Below, one piece after another: positions 37,991 to 48,349 of a stretch of 64,000 nucleotides of DNA (its first letter is position 1; the number at the start of each line of letters is the position of its first letter). The stretch is taken from the NCBI GenBank assembly GCA_937965795.1, contig CALCMD010000101.1, positions 10,942-74,941 of the forward strand. The letters are read 5' to 3'. Source of the stretch: an uncultured Lachnospiraceae bacterium (lineage in GTDB: Bacteria > Bacillota > Clostridia > Lachnospirales > Lachnospiraceae). The notes beneath the pieces were generated by a model. That model was not told the DNA's origin and did not search any database. It saw only the letters and a list, made by a program, of their open reading frames with translations. The position numbers and the translations under genes were made by a program.

Positions 37991-39424
37991 TTATACAAAT
38001 CCACGAATGAACGGCAAAATGCTTTCATACCCCACAGCCAGATTAAGATTCTGTCCGCTGTCAATGCCCGCCGTGCTGATTCCTATGACTTCGCCGTACA
38101 TATTCAGCACCGCCCCGCCGCTGCTTCCGTGGGAAATCGGAGCGGTAAACTGTATCATTGCCACTCCGTCCACGTTCCGGAATCCGGATATGATACCGTC
38201 AGACACAGAGTTAAACAATCCCAGAGGGCTTCCGATAGCCACGACCTTCTGTCCCCGCACAAGTCCTTTCTCTCCTGCATAAACCGGAATCGGATGCAGC
38301 TTACGGTCTATCCGCAGAATCGCAAGATCCAGAACACTGTTATATTTTATCACTTCATCGGTCGTGTAGACCTTATCATCCTCTTCTATTCTGACCGAAT
38401 AGAATCTGCCGCCGGCAGCCACATGATGATTCGTCAGGATATAACCATCCTTCCCAATCATGATACCTGATCCGGAGCCAATGGTCTTTCCGCTCTGATC
38501 GTGTATAACAATCATCACCACGGAGGAAGCAAACAGCGCCAGTTCCTCAAACTCCAGCTCACGTTTTCTCCTTCCTTGCGGCGATTCAGAAGAAAGGACA
38601 GGCGGCGCAGCGTTCCGAACCGCTGCCTGTGCAGACGCCTTTCTCCTTCCACGCTCCGGGATATGTACGACCGGACGGGCCTCCGCTGCCATCCCGGATG
38701 GCTCCGGACGGTTCTTTTCCGCCCGATACCTGCGCGCATCATAAGCCGGAATCTCATATGCCTGCATCTTTCCCTGTAGAATCTTCTGCGAGAGCTTAAG
38801 CCGCTCCAGTCCTTCTCCAATATCCTCTTCGCACTGCAAAAGCATCACATCTACGCCAATCTGCGTCAGCAGGTAACAGAAAAGATACTCCTGTTTTCTG
38901 GAAACGTTCTGGAACACTGCTTTCATCAAAGCCTGCGGCGACCATTGTTTCACAAGCTCTCCTCCGATTCTGTCAAACCAGAACAAAAGCTTCACCGCAA
39001 AATTTCTCTCGATGGTGTCATTGATCTTTGGATTCATTCTGCCGAACAGTTGCAGAACGGTCCCGTATGCCCGTCCAAGTACCTGGGACAGCTCCGGCTT
39101 TCCTTCTGTAGCCTTTATATGCACCGACTGCTTTCCCGTGTTTCGCCACTCTTCATAGCTTCTGGTATAAGCAGCGATCTCCGCGACGGGCAGCGCTGGA
39201 AAAGCAGCCGTCCGCACATACCGGCACTGTCCCAGCTCCATACGCTCCGTCAGTATGCCATCCATCCTTTCAATCTCCTGTGTCAACGTGAAATTTACGC
39301 CGACCGCCCTGGCAAAACAGACGTCCTTTCGTCCCTCGCTGTCTCCTCCCCGGATTCCTGCAAAATCCGCAAGCGATGGTAATTTCATCCCATTACATCG
39401 TACCTCAAACTTACGCCCACGCAT
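37991..39424 (-). CDS. Trypsin-like (S1C) serine protease fused to an N-terminal YceG_bac-like region; start uncertain
   Basis: GSGSG, ILTNHHV, DLAIL and ISHGSSGG triad motifs; no PDZ or signal peptide; N-terminal NFAVKLLFW...QEYLFCYLLTQIGVDV. Confidence 0.8.
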   Translation of the reverse strand: MRGRKFEVRCNGMKLPSLADFAGIRGGDSEGRKDVCFARAVGVNFTLTQEIERMDGILTERMELGQCRYVRTAAFPALPVAEIAAYTRSYEEWRNTGKQSVHIKATEGKPELSQVLGRAYGTVLQLFGRMNPKINDTIERNFAVKLLFWFDRIGGELVKQWSPQALMKAVFQNVSRKQEYLFCYLLTQIGVDVMLLQCEEDIGEGLERLKLSQKILQGKMQAYEIPAYDARRYRAEKNRPEPSGMAAEARPVVHIPERGRRKASAQAAVRNAAPPVLSSESPQGRRKRELEFEELALFASSVVMIVIHDQSGKTIGSGSGIMIGKDGYILTNHHVAAGGRFYSVRIEEDDKVYTTDEVIKYNSVLDLAILRIDRKLHPIPVYAGEKGLVRGQKVVAIGSPLGLFNSVSDGIISGFRNVDGVAMIQFTAPISHGSSGGAVLNMYGEVIGISTAGIDSGQNLNLAVGYESILPFIRGFV

Positions 39425-39452
39425 CCTTTTCTCCCTCACATGCCCTGCTGTA

Positions 39453-40418
39453 TCATTTCGAAAAGCTCTCCTCCAGCAGTTCCTTTAATTCCTCCATCGT
39501 CTCGATCTCATTTACGCGTCCTCTCAGCCTTGCCGAGTGGGGAAGCCCTGCCGTATACCAGGCTACGTGCTTGCGCATCTCCCGGATTCCTGTATATTCT
39601 CCCTTATAGCGAAGCTGTAGCTCACAGTGCCGTAAAATCATTTCTTTGATTTCCCGGCGCCCCGGCCGCTCCGGCATGTTTCCTGTCGCCAGGTATTCCG
39701 CCGTTTCCCTGAAAATCCAGGGATTTCCTCTGGCCGCCCGGCCAATCATGACGCCATCGCAGCCTGTCTCCTTCATCATCTGCTCCGCCCGCACTGCCGA
39801 TGTGACGTCCCCGTTTCCGATGACCGGAATAGAGACTGCTTCTTTCACCTGCCGGATAATGTCCCAGTCTGCCGCACCGGAGTAATACTGCTCTCTGGTA
39901 CGTCCATGCACGGCGACCGCCGCCGCCCCCGAAGCCTCAATGATTCTGGCAATCTCCACTGCATTGACATGTTCCTCGTCAAATCCTTTCCGGATTTTCA
40001 CCGTGACTGGTTTTTTCACCGCTTTCACGGTCTTTGCCACGATTTCCTCTACCCTCTTAGGGTTTTTCATAAGCGCTGATCCCTCTCCGTTATTCACGAC
40101 CTTAGGGACTGGACAGCCCATGTTCAAATCGAGAATATCAAACGGCCGCTCCTCGATCTCTTTTGCCATCCTGGCAATCAAATCCGCATCTGAGCCAAAA
40201 AGCTGTAAGGCAATGGGGTTTTCCCCCTCTGCGATTTCCAGCAAATCCTGGGTATTCTTATTATGAAAAGAAAGCGCTTTAGCGCTGACCATCTCCATGC
40301 TGAGAAGCCCCGCGCCCTGCTCCCGGCAGAGCAAACGAAATGGCAGGTCGGTTACTCCTGCCATTGGCGCCAGTATACATGGATTTGCAAGTTTTACATT
40401 TCCTATTGTAAGATTCAT
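39453..40418 (-). CDS. dusB: tRNA dihydrouridine synthase DusB
   Basis: LAPMAGVTD, QLFGSD, DLNMGCP, VHGRT, GNGD, MIGR. Confidence 0.96.
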   Translation of the reverse strand: MNLTIGNVKLANPCILAPMAGVTDLPFRLLCREQGAGLLSMEMVSAKALSFHNKNTQDLLEIAEGENPIALQLFGSDADLIARMAKEIEERPFDILDLNMGCPVPKVVNNGEGSALMKNPKRVEEIVAKTVKAVKKPVTVKIRKGFDEEHVNAVEIARIIEASGAAAVAVHGRTREQYYSGAADWDIIRQVKEAVSIPVIGNGDVTSAVRAEQMMKETGCDGVMIGRAARGNPWIFRETAEYLATGNMPERPGRREIKEMILRHCELQLRYKGEYTGIREMRKHVAWYTAGLPHSARLRGRVNEIETMEELKELLEESFSK

Positions 40419-40771
40419 CGTTTTCTTCTCTCATTTCTCATCTGCTGCGGCACAGAAAGGAAAAATACCTGATAATACATTTCCAGTGCGGTAAGAAGCT
40501 CTTCCTTTTCCCTCTGCATCTCCCTGATTTTCAGTACGCTTCCTATTTCATCATAGCCAAAATCATCTTCTGCCGCTTCCGTTCGGAAGCACAGGGTTCC
40601 CTCTCTGTCAAACTCCAGCACCAGAACGCCGCCTACATCGTTTGTATAGAGAACGCACATGATTTTCAATTCCTCCTGTATGCTCTCCGGAAGCGACTCA
40701 AACGCTTCATTAAAATAAAACTTTTCCTCATATGCGCTTGCACCGCAAAGCACTGTTTTTTCTGCGTCCAT
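40415..40771 (-). CDS. Conserved Lachnospiraceae protein (DUF6145-like)
   Basis: Start at MDAEKTVLCGASAYEEKFYFN (RBS AAGGAG); DEIGSVLKI. Confidence 0.75.
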   Translation of the reverse strand: MDAEKTVLCGASAYEEKFYFNEAFESLPESIQEELKIMCVLYTNDVGGVLVLEFDREGTLCFRTEAAEDDFGYDEIGSVLKIREMQREKEELLTALEMYYQVFFLSVPQQMRNERRKR

Positions 40772-40784
40772 CTGTCCCTTCTCC

Positions 40785-41765
40785 TTATGTATATCCATAA
40801 ACGCCCCGCACGGATACTTCTCCGGCATACACCTTCTCGATGCTTCCATCCGCCTTTTCAACCAAAAGCTCGCCCTTTTCATTGATTCCCCGTGAAATGC
40901 CGCTATACGCATTTTGCGGTTCCAGAACACGTACCTGTGCGTCCATATTTACCAGCATCCCGTTGTAGGTCTCACGAAGCCCTGACAGATCGCCGTCCGC
41001 CAGAAACGTTTCCAGGTACTGTTCGAAATATTTCATACAGCCGCAGATGATCTCCGCCCTGTTTACCGTATGTCCGGTCTCAATGGAAAGAGAAGTGGCT
41101 ATGTCACGAATTTCCTCCGGAAATTTCTCCATATTCACATTGATTCCCGTACCGATGACCAGATAATGGATGACATTCATCTCCGCACTGATCTCTGTTA
41201 AAATCCCGCAGATTTTCTTTCCGCCAATCACTGCGTCATTCGGCCACTTGATCTTTGCCGGAAGTCCAAGAAGCTCCCTGCACGCAGAAGCTACCGCCAT
41301 CCCCATCAGCAGCGTAATCATAGACGCTTTTTCCGGCGAGAGCTCCGGTCGGATGATTAAAGTCATGGCAATGGAAGATTTCGGAGCCATAGACCAGCTC
41401 TTTCCCCTGCGCCCTCTTCCGCCTGTCTGTTCATCCGTAACAATCAAAGTGCCATGCGGCGCTCCTTCCTCCGCCATTCGTTTCGCTTTATTATTCGTGG
41501 AATCCAGTGTGGAAAAATAGGCGACCTCCTGACCTGCCCATCTGGTCGTCAGCAGACTTTTGATCTCTTCCGCCGATACGACATCCGGACACGCCACGAT
41601 GTGATAGCCTTTATTGGGAAGCGCCTCGATCTCATAGCCTTCCTCTTTTAGCTGATTCACCGCTTTCCACACGGCTGTCCGGGAAACCCCGAATTTTTCA
41701 CACAGTTCCTGCCCGGACACATATCCGTCCCGATTTCTCAGAATATGCAAAATCTCACTTTTCAT
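40785..41765 (-). CDS. birA: Bifunctional biotin ligase/repressor
   Basis: N-terminal HTH (VSRTAVWK); STN, QTGGRGRRG, KWPND, KICGILTE. Confidence 0.97.
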   Translation of the reverse strand: MKSEILHILRNRDGYVSGQELCEKFGVSRTAVWKAVNQLKEEGYEIEALPNKGYHIVACPDVVSAEEIKSLLTTRWAGQEVAYFSTLDSTNNKAKRMAEEGAPHGTLIVTDEQTGGRGRRGKSWSMAPKSSIAMTLIIRPELSPEKASMITLLMGMAVASACRELLGLPAKIKWPNDAVIGGKKICGILTEISAEMNVIHYLVIGTGINVNMEKFPEEIRDIATSLSIETGHTVNRAEIICGCMKYFEQYLETFLADGDLSGLRETYNGMLVNMDAQVRVLEPQNAYSGISRGINEKGELLVEKADGSIEKVYAGEVSVRGVYGYT

Positions 41766-42046
41766 CTCAAAAACCTTTCTACCGTTATAAGCTGTACTGC
41801 GAAAAATATCAGCAAAGCCAGCGTGATAACCGTAAACATTGTTCCCAAAATATATCTCTTTTTTATGAATTTCAGCCCGGCAAGAATTCCGTTGACGAGT
41901 ATCCCCATGCCCGATATCAGCACGAAAAATCCCGGCGCGCTGTCTATCTCCAAAAAGGCCGCAATCACACAGAGAATCAGCACAAGACCGGAAACACTTC
42001 CGAAAAATTCCAAATCCAGCGCCTTTCTGATTTTCTTTTTATTCAT
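41762..42046 (-). CDS. Small membrane protein
   Basis: Three hydrophobic segments; overlaps the argF stop and birA start, suggesting translational coupling. Confidence 0.65.
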   Translation of the reverse strand: MNKKKIRKALDLEFFGSVSGLVLILCVIAAFLEIDSAPGFFVLISGMGILVNGILAGLKFIKKRYILGTMFTVITLALLIFFAVQLITVERFLR

Positions 42047-43037
42047 TTCCTTCCCCAAGCGTTGCAAGCATCACTGCCTTAATGGTGTGCATCCTGTTCT
42101 CCGCTTCATCGAATACCTTTGACTGCGCAGACTCGAATACCTCGTCTGTAACCTCCAGCTCCTGAACCTGGAAACGCTCTCCCATCTCTTTTCCGATCTG
42201 CGTTTTCAAATCATGGAAAGCGGGGAGACAGTGAAGGAAAATGGCCTGCCCGCCTGCATTTTTCATAACATCCGCCGTCACTTTATACGGTGTAAGCTCC
42301 GTAATCCGCTCCGTCCATATCTCCTCCGGCTCGCCCATCGATACCCATACATCCGTATAAATAACATCGGCGCCTTTCGTGCCTGCCTGTACATCCTCAG
42401 TTAACGTGATACTTCCTCCGGAAGCCTTTGCGTATTCCTCACATGTCTTTACCAGCGCCGCATCCGGAAAATATTTTTTCGTGGTACATGCGGTAAAGTG
42501 CATTCCCATTTTCGCACAGGCAATCATCAGGGAATTTCCCATATTATAGCGGGCGTCCCCCAGATAGACCAGCTTCTTTCCCTTCAGTTCTCCCAGATGC
42601 TCGCGGATCGTCAGCAGGTCTGCCAGCATCTGTGTGGGATGATATTCATTCGTAAGTCCGTTCCATACAGGAACCCCCGCATATTTCGCCAGTTCTTCCA
42701 CGATTTCCTGACCATAGCCGCGATACTCGATTCCTTCGAACATCCTTCCGAGAACACGCGCCGTATCCGCAATGCTCTCCTTTTTTCCAATCTGAGAACC
42801 TTTCGGATCGAGATAAGTCGTCCCCATCCCCAGGTCATGCGCCGCCACCTCAAAAGAGCATCTTGTCCTGGTGCTCGTTTTTTCGAAAATAAGGGCAACA
42901 TTTTTTCCCCGAAGGGTATCCACGGGGATACCCTTCTTTTTCTTATCTTTCAAATCTGCCGCCAAATCCAGCAGATATGTGATCTCTTCCGGTGTGTAGT
43001 CTTTTAAGGTTAAGAAATTGCGTCCTTTTAAATTCAT
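42039..43037 (-). CDS. argF: Ornithine carbamoyltransferase
   Basis: STRTR, HPTQ, DVWVSMG, HCLP, AENR. Confidence 0.97.
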   Translation of the reverse strand: MNLKGRNFLTLKDYTPEEITYLLDLAADLKDKKKKGIPVDTLRGKNVALIFEKTSTRTRCSFEVAAHDLGMGTTYLDPKGSQIGKKESIADTARVLGRMFEGIEYRGYGQEIVEELAKYAGVPVWNGLTNEYHPTQMLADLLTIREHLGELKGKKLVYLGDARYNMGNSLMIACAKMGMHFTACTTKKYFPDAALVKTCEEYAKASGGSITLTEDVQAGTKGADVIYTDVWVSMGEPEEIWTERITELTPYKVTADVMKNAGGQAIFLHCLPAFHDLKTQIGKEMGERFQVQELEVTDEVFESAQSKVFDEAENRMHTIKAVMLATLGEGNE

Positions 43038-43061
43038 ATTCTGCCTCCAAATGTACCTCTC

Positions 43062-43997
43062 TTAAATATCTTTCGCCACTTCTGTTACTGATTTTACAAG
43101 TCCTGCCACATTCTGAAGCTCTGACGGAATGATAATCTTTGTCGCCTTACCGTCCGCCACCTTCTCCAATGCTTCCAGGCTCTTTAAGGCAAGGACTGCC
43201 TGGTCTGCACCGGCGTCTTTCAGGAAACGCAGTCCATCCGCATTTGCCTGCTGCACTTTCAGAATTGCTTCCGCCTCGCCTTCCGCTTCCCGGATCATCT
43301 TCTCCTTTGCTGCCTCGGCACGCAGGATGGCCGCCTGTTTCTCCGCTTCCGCATCCAGAATCGCCGACTCCTTCTTACCTTCCGCAACCAGAATGGTAGA
43401 CTTTTTCTCTCCTTCGGCACGCAGAATGGCTTCTCTTCGCTCCCTTTCTGCTTTCATCTGCTTCTCCATCGCATCCTGAATCGCAGCCGGAGGAATGATA
43501 TTTTTCAGTTCCACACGGTTTACCTTGATTCCCCACGGGTCGGTAGCCACATCCAGGGAAGCCCGCATCTTTGTATTGATCGTTTCTCTGGATGTCAGCG
43601 TCTGATCCAGCTCCAGATCGCCGATGATATTTCTCAGCGTCGTCGCCGTCAGATTCTCAATCGCCATGATCGGATTTTCCACTCCGTATGCAAACAGCTT
43701 GGGGTCGGTAATCTGGTAAAATACGACCGTGTCAATCCGCATAGTTACATTATCCTTTGTAATCACCGGCTGCGGTTCGAAGTCAACAACCTGCTCTTTC
43801 AAATTCACGCGCTTCGCTACTCTGTCGATAAACGGCGCTTTGATGTGAAGCCCCACGTTCCAGGTGCCCCGATATCCGCCCAGACGCTCGATCACCAGTG
43901 CATTTGCCTGAGGCACAATTCTGATACAGGATATCAGAATCAGTAAAAGTATCAAAACCAAAGCTGCAATCAAAATTGCTCCAAAAAGATTCTCCAT
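43062..43997 (-). CDS. SPFH/band-7 (QmcA-like) protein
   Basis: VITKDNV, LRNIIG, WGIKVNRVE, QMKAERERR. Confidence 0.95.
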   Translation of the reverse strand: MENLFGAILIAALVLILLLILISCIRIVPQANALVIERLGGYRGTWNVGLHIKAPFIDRVAKRVNLKEQVVDFEPQPVITKDNVTMRIDTVVFYQITDPKLFAYGVENPIMAIENLTATTLRNIIGDLELDQTLTSRETINTKMRASLDVATDPWGIKVNRVELKNIIPPAAIQDAMEKQMKAERERREAILRAEGEKKSTILVAEGKKESAILDAEAEKQAAILRAEAAKEKMIREAEGEAEAILKVQQANADGLRFLKDAGADQAVLALKSLEALEKVADGKATKIIIPSELQNVAGLVKSVTEVAKDI

Positions 43998-44039
43998 ATT
44001 CTTCCTCCAATTTTCTGCGTCAATTTCCGCATAGCTGAA

Positions 44040-44498
44040 TTAATTTTTCTTTTCTGTGGCTACAGGCTTTTCTGTGACGATAAGCTTCACTCCGCTGACC
44101 TTCAGAATCGTAACCGTGGCGTCAGCCGCAATCCTCTCCTCATCACTCTGCGTCCGTGCCATCCACACTTTTCCCCCGACTCTCACTTCACCTGTTGCCG
44201 CCAGATTGTCAATCTCCTGTATCACCACTGCTTTTTCCCCAATCAGGCTGTCTACATTCGTTCTCACCCGGTTTCTGTTAATATATTTCGCAGCGAAGGG
44301 CCTGGTAAATACCAGCAATAAAATGGACACCGCCAGGAAAACTATGATCTGCACCATAAGACCCGCTCCCAGCATAGAAGCCGCAAACGCCGCCACTGCG
44401 CCTCCTGCAAACCAGATGGTCGTAAGCCCCAGGGTAAGCAGTTCAATCACCAGCAGAACGACGATCAGTGCAAGCCAGCAAATCCATTCGATTTCCAT
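44040..44498 (-). CDS. NfeD-family protein
   Basis: TM N-terminus and OB-fold C-terminus (GEVRVGGKVWMAR); adjacent to the SPFH gene. Confidence 0.92.
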   Translation of the reverse strand: MEIEWICWLALIVVLLVIELLTLGLTTIWFAGGAVAAFAASMLGAGLMVQIIVFLAVSILLLVFTRPFAAKYINRNRVRTNVDSLIGEKAVVIQEIDNLAATGEVRVGGKVWMARTQSDEERIAADATVTILKVSGVKLIVTEKPVATEKKN

Positions 44499-44555
44499 AC
44501 AGATTCCCCCTTTCTTCTTTTTTTATCTTACTATATTCACGGCAAAAATACAACT

Positions 44556-44596
44556 AAAAAAGGGCTGACGCTCCAACCGCTCATTCAGCCCTTTTT
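44556..44596 (-). terminator. Terminator after GH36
   Basis: AAAAAGGGCTGA / TCAGCCCTTTTT. Confidence 0.75.
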
Positions 44597-44614
44597 GAAA
44601 ATTTCACTCTCTTT

Positions 44615-47600
44615 TTAGAACTTTACCTTCCGATATGCACTGTAAACCTTCGCGCCTTTGTTTTTCACATAACCCCGTATCCTTACGGAAACTTTTTTGC
44701 CTGTCCTTATTCCTTTTTTCACCAGAACTGTTTTGGAACCGGACGCCGCTTTTTTATACGCGTTCTTTCCCTGCTTCACCCATACTTCAAAGCCTGTTTC
44801 CCCACTCTTTTTACAGACGATCTTCAATCCGGTCTTTTTATAATCCCGCACGCTCTTTACCTTTGGCTTTAAAGGCTTTGCTGCCGTATAAAGAATCTTC
44901 GATTCCTTCCCGCTTCCCTTTTCGTTTGACGCGGTTACCTTCACCTGATACTTCTTTCCCGGTTTCAGATTTTTGATTTTCAAAGTATTCTTTTGAGTGC
45001 TTCCCGCAGTCTGCCACTTTCCGTCTTTCTGGATATACACCGTATAGGAGGATGCGTCTGCCTGCTGCTTCCAGGTGATCTGCAATCCTTTGGTCTGGGA
45101 CTTCGCCTTTACATTTTCCACCTGTCCGGGTACCTGTTTCTCCTCTCCCGGTTTTCGCACCAATTTTGCCCGTTCGCTGCCCAGCCGGTCCATCGCCTGA
45201 CGTATTTCTCCCTCCAGGGCATTTTCATCAAGAAGTACCTGCCCGGCCTCTGCCAGCACTTTTGCAAATGCCTGCGGATTCTGATAGAAGGATAAATCTA
45301 TTTTTCTATCTTCTGCCAGAATTTTCCGCAGCTCCGTCTTATCCCCCATCGTATAACCGGCATACTGAATCTTATCCAGCAATTCTGCCCATGCCCGGTT
45401 AATCTCATTCTGCTTCGACTGCGGATTTTTAAATACCTGCTGTGCGTATGCAAATGCTTCCTGATAAGATGCACGCACGGCTGGAATTACATTCTGAAAA
45501 TCCAGATTTTCCGCATAAACCATGACGCGGTATAAAGTCCCGATCTCTCTCTGTTCTGTGTCTGTTTCCTGCGGAAGGACAACAGGTGCGCCGATCAGTT
45601 CCTTCCGCACGGGTTTCCGCAGTTCCAGCACGGCGTTCATCAACGCCTCCTCTGCCTGCGCCATTTCTTCCTGCCCTGCGTTTCCTTCTGCCAGAAGCTG
45701 CTCTATCCGGTCTTTTGCCGCCTGAAAAGCCTCCCAGCCCTGTCCCTCCGTAAAGCTGGCGGCATCATAAAGAGATGTAAAATCGGAAATCGTCTCCAGA
45801 GAAGCCGCATTCCCTCCGCTCTGCTGCGTATGTACAAAATAATCAATGTCGATAACCGGGGACTTACACACGATCTTAATTGTATGCGTACCAACCGCAA
45901 GCCCTGTCTTTTCATACAGCTTCACGCCTGACGCCGCCGCGCCGGTACAGGAAACCTCTTCCTGCAATACATCATCGATAGATACCTGAGCGCTTCCAAA
46001 GTTCGTATCTTTCTGCCCGTACCAGGCAATACTGTCTCCCTGAAAGGTGAAAGATACCGCTGCCGCCGCTTTCGTTGTATATTTGCTTCCTCCTCCGGAG
46101 AACCCGCTGTTCTGCTCCGCCGTCCAGTCTCCTTCAAAAATCAGAGCGGAATCTGTCTCCTCTGTCACCGTTTCTTTCCGGGTCAAATCCGGCGCAGACA
46201 ATTCCTCAGCCCTGAGCAGAAGATAACTCGAAAAATTACATTCCAATACTGCCTGGCCTCCCGGTACATTTGTCGCAATCACCTGATCGTTTACATAATC
46301 CACAATGCGGTACAATTTATACGGATTTAACCCTTTGAGTTCCACCGCCGGATTTCCCTCAGGGCGGAACTTATTTCCATCTCTGTAAAAAGCATAATAC
46401 ATAGTACCGTCCTTATTCACTACGTATGTCTCATAAGGGTCAAAGCCATAACTATACAAATCTCCCACGAACTGACCTTTTTGAAGCTCTGCTTCCTGTG
46501 CAATCTTAAGCCATCTCTCATACTCTTTCTGCTGGCTGCCTGTCATATTTCTTTTTTCAATCAGAACCGCGCCTGTCCCCACCGCGGAAGGATACCAGAT
46601 TTCATTGTGGTCTGTCGTAATTGGAAAATAGTCCCCGCACAATGCCTTGTACGCCTTTACCCTTCTTCTCGTCTGGTCGACGCTTGTCGGGTCAGCCGTC
46701 GGCACCTGGGTTACATACGGCAGGGAATAATAATCCTGCGGCGTTCCACAATTACACAAAAGATGAAACGCATCTTCGTTGCACTCTTTCATCGCCTGGT
46801 AGACCTCACGGTAAAATACAGCCTGATTCTCTGTCGATTCCTCTGGCCTCGCATGATGGTGAGCCGGATTATAACAATGCGGAATGCTCCATACATAATC
46901 ACTCTTCAATCCGTCAAATCCCCACTCATTCAATGCCTTTTTCACAAAATCCACCTGGCTCTGCACCGCCCCTTCAGAACATGGGCAGAGCGCATAACCA
47001 CTTGTCCCGTTAAACCGGTCGGACGCGCCCGGCCCCGCCAGCTTTCCTTTTGTTCCATTTTGATTCTGCACAAAGTATTCCGGATGCTCTTTATAAAGAC
47101 TGCTGTTCTCTCGTCCTCCGTCGCACGGACGCCACCAGAGAAGCGCCGTCATCCCTCTCTCATGAATTGCATCCGTCAGACGCTTCATATCTGCACTTCC
47201 ATTTGGAAGCTTTGCGCTGTTCAAATCCCATTGTCCGGCATTGTTATACCATCCGTCATCCAACGTTACCTGTTTAATCCCCAGCGCCTGCAATTCATCC
47301 AGCTTTCCAAGAATCAGTTCCAGCGTCCAGTCAAATTCCCAGCCCCAGCTTTCCCAGCGCAGATCATAGCTGCTGTCCGGAATCTCCTCTTCACTTAAGG
47401 TCTCAAATCCGATCTGGCGCATACCATCCGCATAACCGCGAAGCCCCATATAGTAATCGCCGTTATGTACATGTACAAATCCCTCTCCAGCCGCTACGGT
47501 CTCCTGCGCTGCGACCGTCCGGGACGGTCTCTGGATGGCGGCATAGACCGTCTGGTCCTTCTCATCTACCGGAGTCTGCACTTCTCTCCTCGTGATGCTG

Positions 47601-48256
47601 GCGTCTCCAACCGTAATTCCGCCATTTTCAGAATAAATATCCGCCGCCGGCACGCCGACAGACGTATCATCCTGTTTATTCGCCCGATGAAAGGTCTGGC
47701 CGTCACTCAGATCGATCTTCTGTAAGGTATCATAAAAACTCTGCTGGCCTTCTCCGCCCCCGTTATAACTCCAGACCGTCTGCGCCGGATTACTGAGCGC
47801 AAATTCACAGTCTACAAATTTCTGAACATCCACCTGCCCGCTTTCGGCTTTGTAACTGGTCCGCACATAGAGAAGCCCCGGAACCTCGTCCACGGATTCC
47901 AGTTCGCAGACACGCAAAAGCCCCGTATCCGCAGAGCGGGAAGTCACCGTCATCCTGCTTCCTTTTCCTGCGGTTCCCTCCACGTTTTCTTCCACCTGAC
48001 AGGTAAAATCCGTAAAATCAGACAAAACGCTCCCGTTCACTACCGGATAACTGATGCAGGACGGCCGGCTCATCTGAAATCTCGTCCCATCCTCCTGATA
48101 TCCGTACAGACTGACCATCCCTGTCGTCCCATCAAACTGCACCTGCACTCCATTTCCATCCAGCGCCTTTGCCGTCTCCGCCGACGCCCGGAAGCCCGTA
48201 AATCCCAATCCCACAACGGCTGTCACAAACAGCATTTTCCAATATTTTTTTCGCAT
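44615..48256 (-). CDS. Secreted GH36 alpha-galactosaminidase-like enzyme with CBM-like, FIVAR, FN3 and Lys-rich tail
   Basis: WSYNGGGEG, IPDSSYDLRWESWGW, LDDGWY, LLWWRPCDGG, FDGLKSDYVWS, ADPTSVDQTRRRVKAYKAL, DLYSYGFDPYETY; matches F. plautii galactosaminidase as recalled. Confidence 0.85.
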   Translation of the reverse strand: MRKKYWKMLFVTAVVGLGFTGFRASAETAKALDGNGVQVQFDGTTGMVSLYGYQEDGTRFQMSRPSCISYPVVNGSVLSDFTDFTCQVEENVEGTAGKGSRMTVTSRSADTGLLRVCELESVDEVPGLLYVRTSYKAESGQVDVQKFVDCEFALSNPAQTVWSYNGGGEGQQSFYDTLQKIDLSDGQTFHRANKQDDTSVGVPAADIYSENGGITVGDASITRREVQTPVDEKDQTVYAAIQRPSRTVAAQETVAAGEGFVHVHNGDYYMGLRGYADGMRQIGFETLSEEEIPDSSYDLRWESWGWEFDWTLELILGKLDELQALGIKQVTLDDGWYNNAGQWDLNSAKLPNGSADMKRLTDAIHERGMTALLWWRPCDGGRENSSLYKEHPEYFVQNQNGTKGKLAGPGASDRFNGTSGYALCPCSEGAVQSQVDFVKKALNEWGFDGLKSDYVWSIPHCYNPAHHHARPEESTENQAVFYREVYQAMKECNEDAFHLLCNCGTPQDYYSLPYVTQVPTADPTSVDQTRRRVKAYKALCGDYFPITTDHNEIWYPSAVGTGAVLIEKRNMTGSQQKEYERWLKIAQEAELQKGQFVGDLYSYGFDPYETYVVNKDGTMYYAFYRDGNKFRPEGNPAVELKGLNPYKLYRIVDYVNDQVIATNVPGGQAVLECNFSSYLLLRAEELSAPDLTRKETVTEETDSALIFEGDWTAEQNSGFSGGGSKYTTKAAAAVSFTFQGDSIAWYGQKDTNFGSAQVSIDDVLQEEVSCTGAAASGVKLYEKTGLAVGTHTIKIVCKSPVIDIDYFVHTQQSGGNAASLETISDFTSLYDAASFTEGQGWEAFQAAKDRIEQLLAEGNAGQEEMAQAEEALMNAVLELRKPVRKELIGAPVVLPQETDTEQREIGTLYRVMVYAENLDFQNVIPAVRASYQEAFAYAQQVFKNPQSKQNEINRAWAELLDKIQYAGYTMGDKTELRKILAEDRKIDLSFYQNPQAFAKVLAEAGQVLLDENALEGEIRQAMDRLGSERAKLVRKPGEEKQVPGQVENVKAKSQTKGLQITWKQQADASSYTVYIQKDGKWQTAGSTQKNTLKIKNLKPGKKYQVKVTASNEKGSGKESKILYTAAKPLKPKVKSVRDYKKTGLKIVCKKSGETGFEVWVKQGKNAYKKAASGSKTVLVKKGIRTGKKVSVRIRGYVKNKGAKVYSAYRKVKF

Positions 48257-48349
48257 ACCTTCCCTCCGCTTTCATTTTTTTTAATCATATCATAGGACTG
48301 TCATTCTGTACACCCCTGCAAACATATTTCCTGTTCCTGCCTTACTCCC

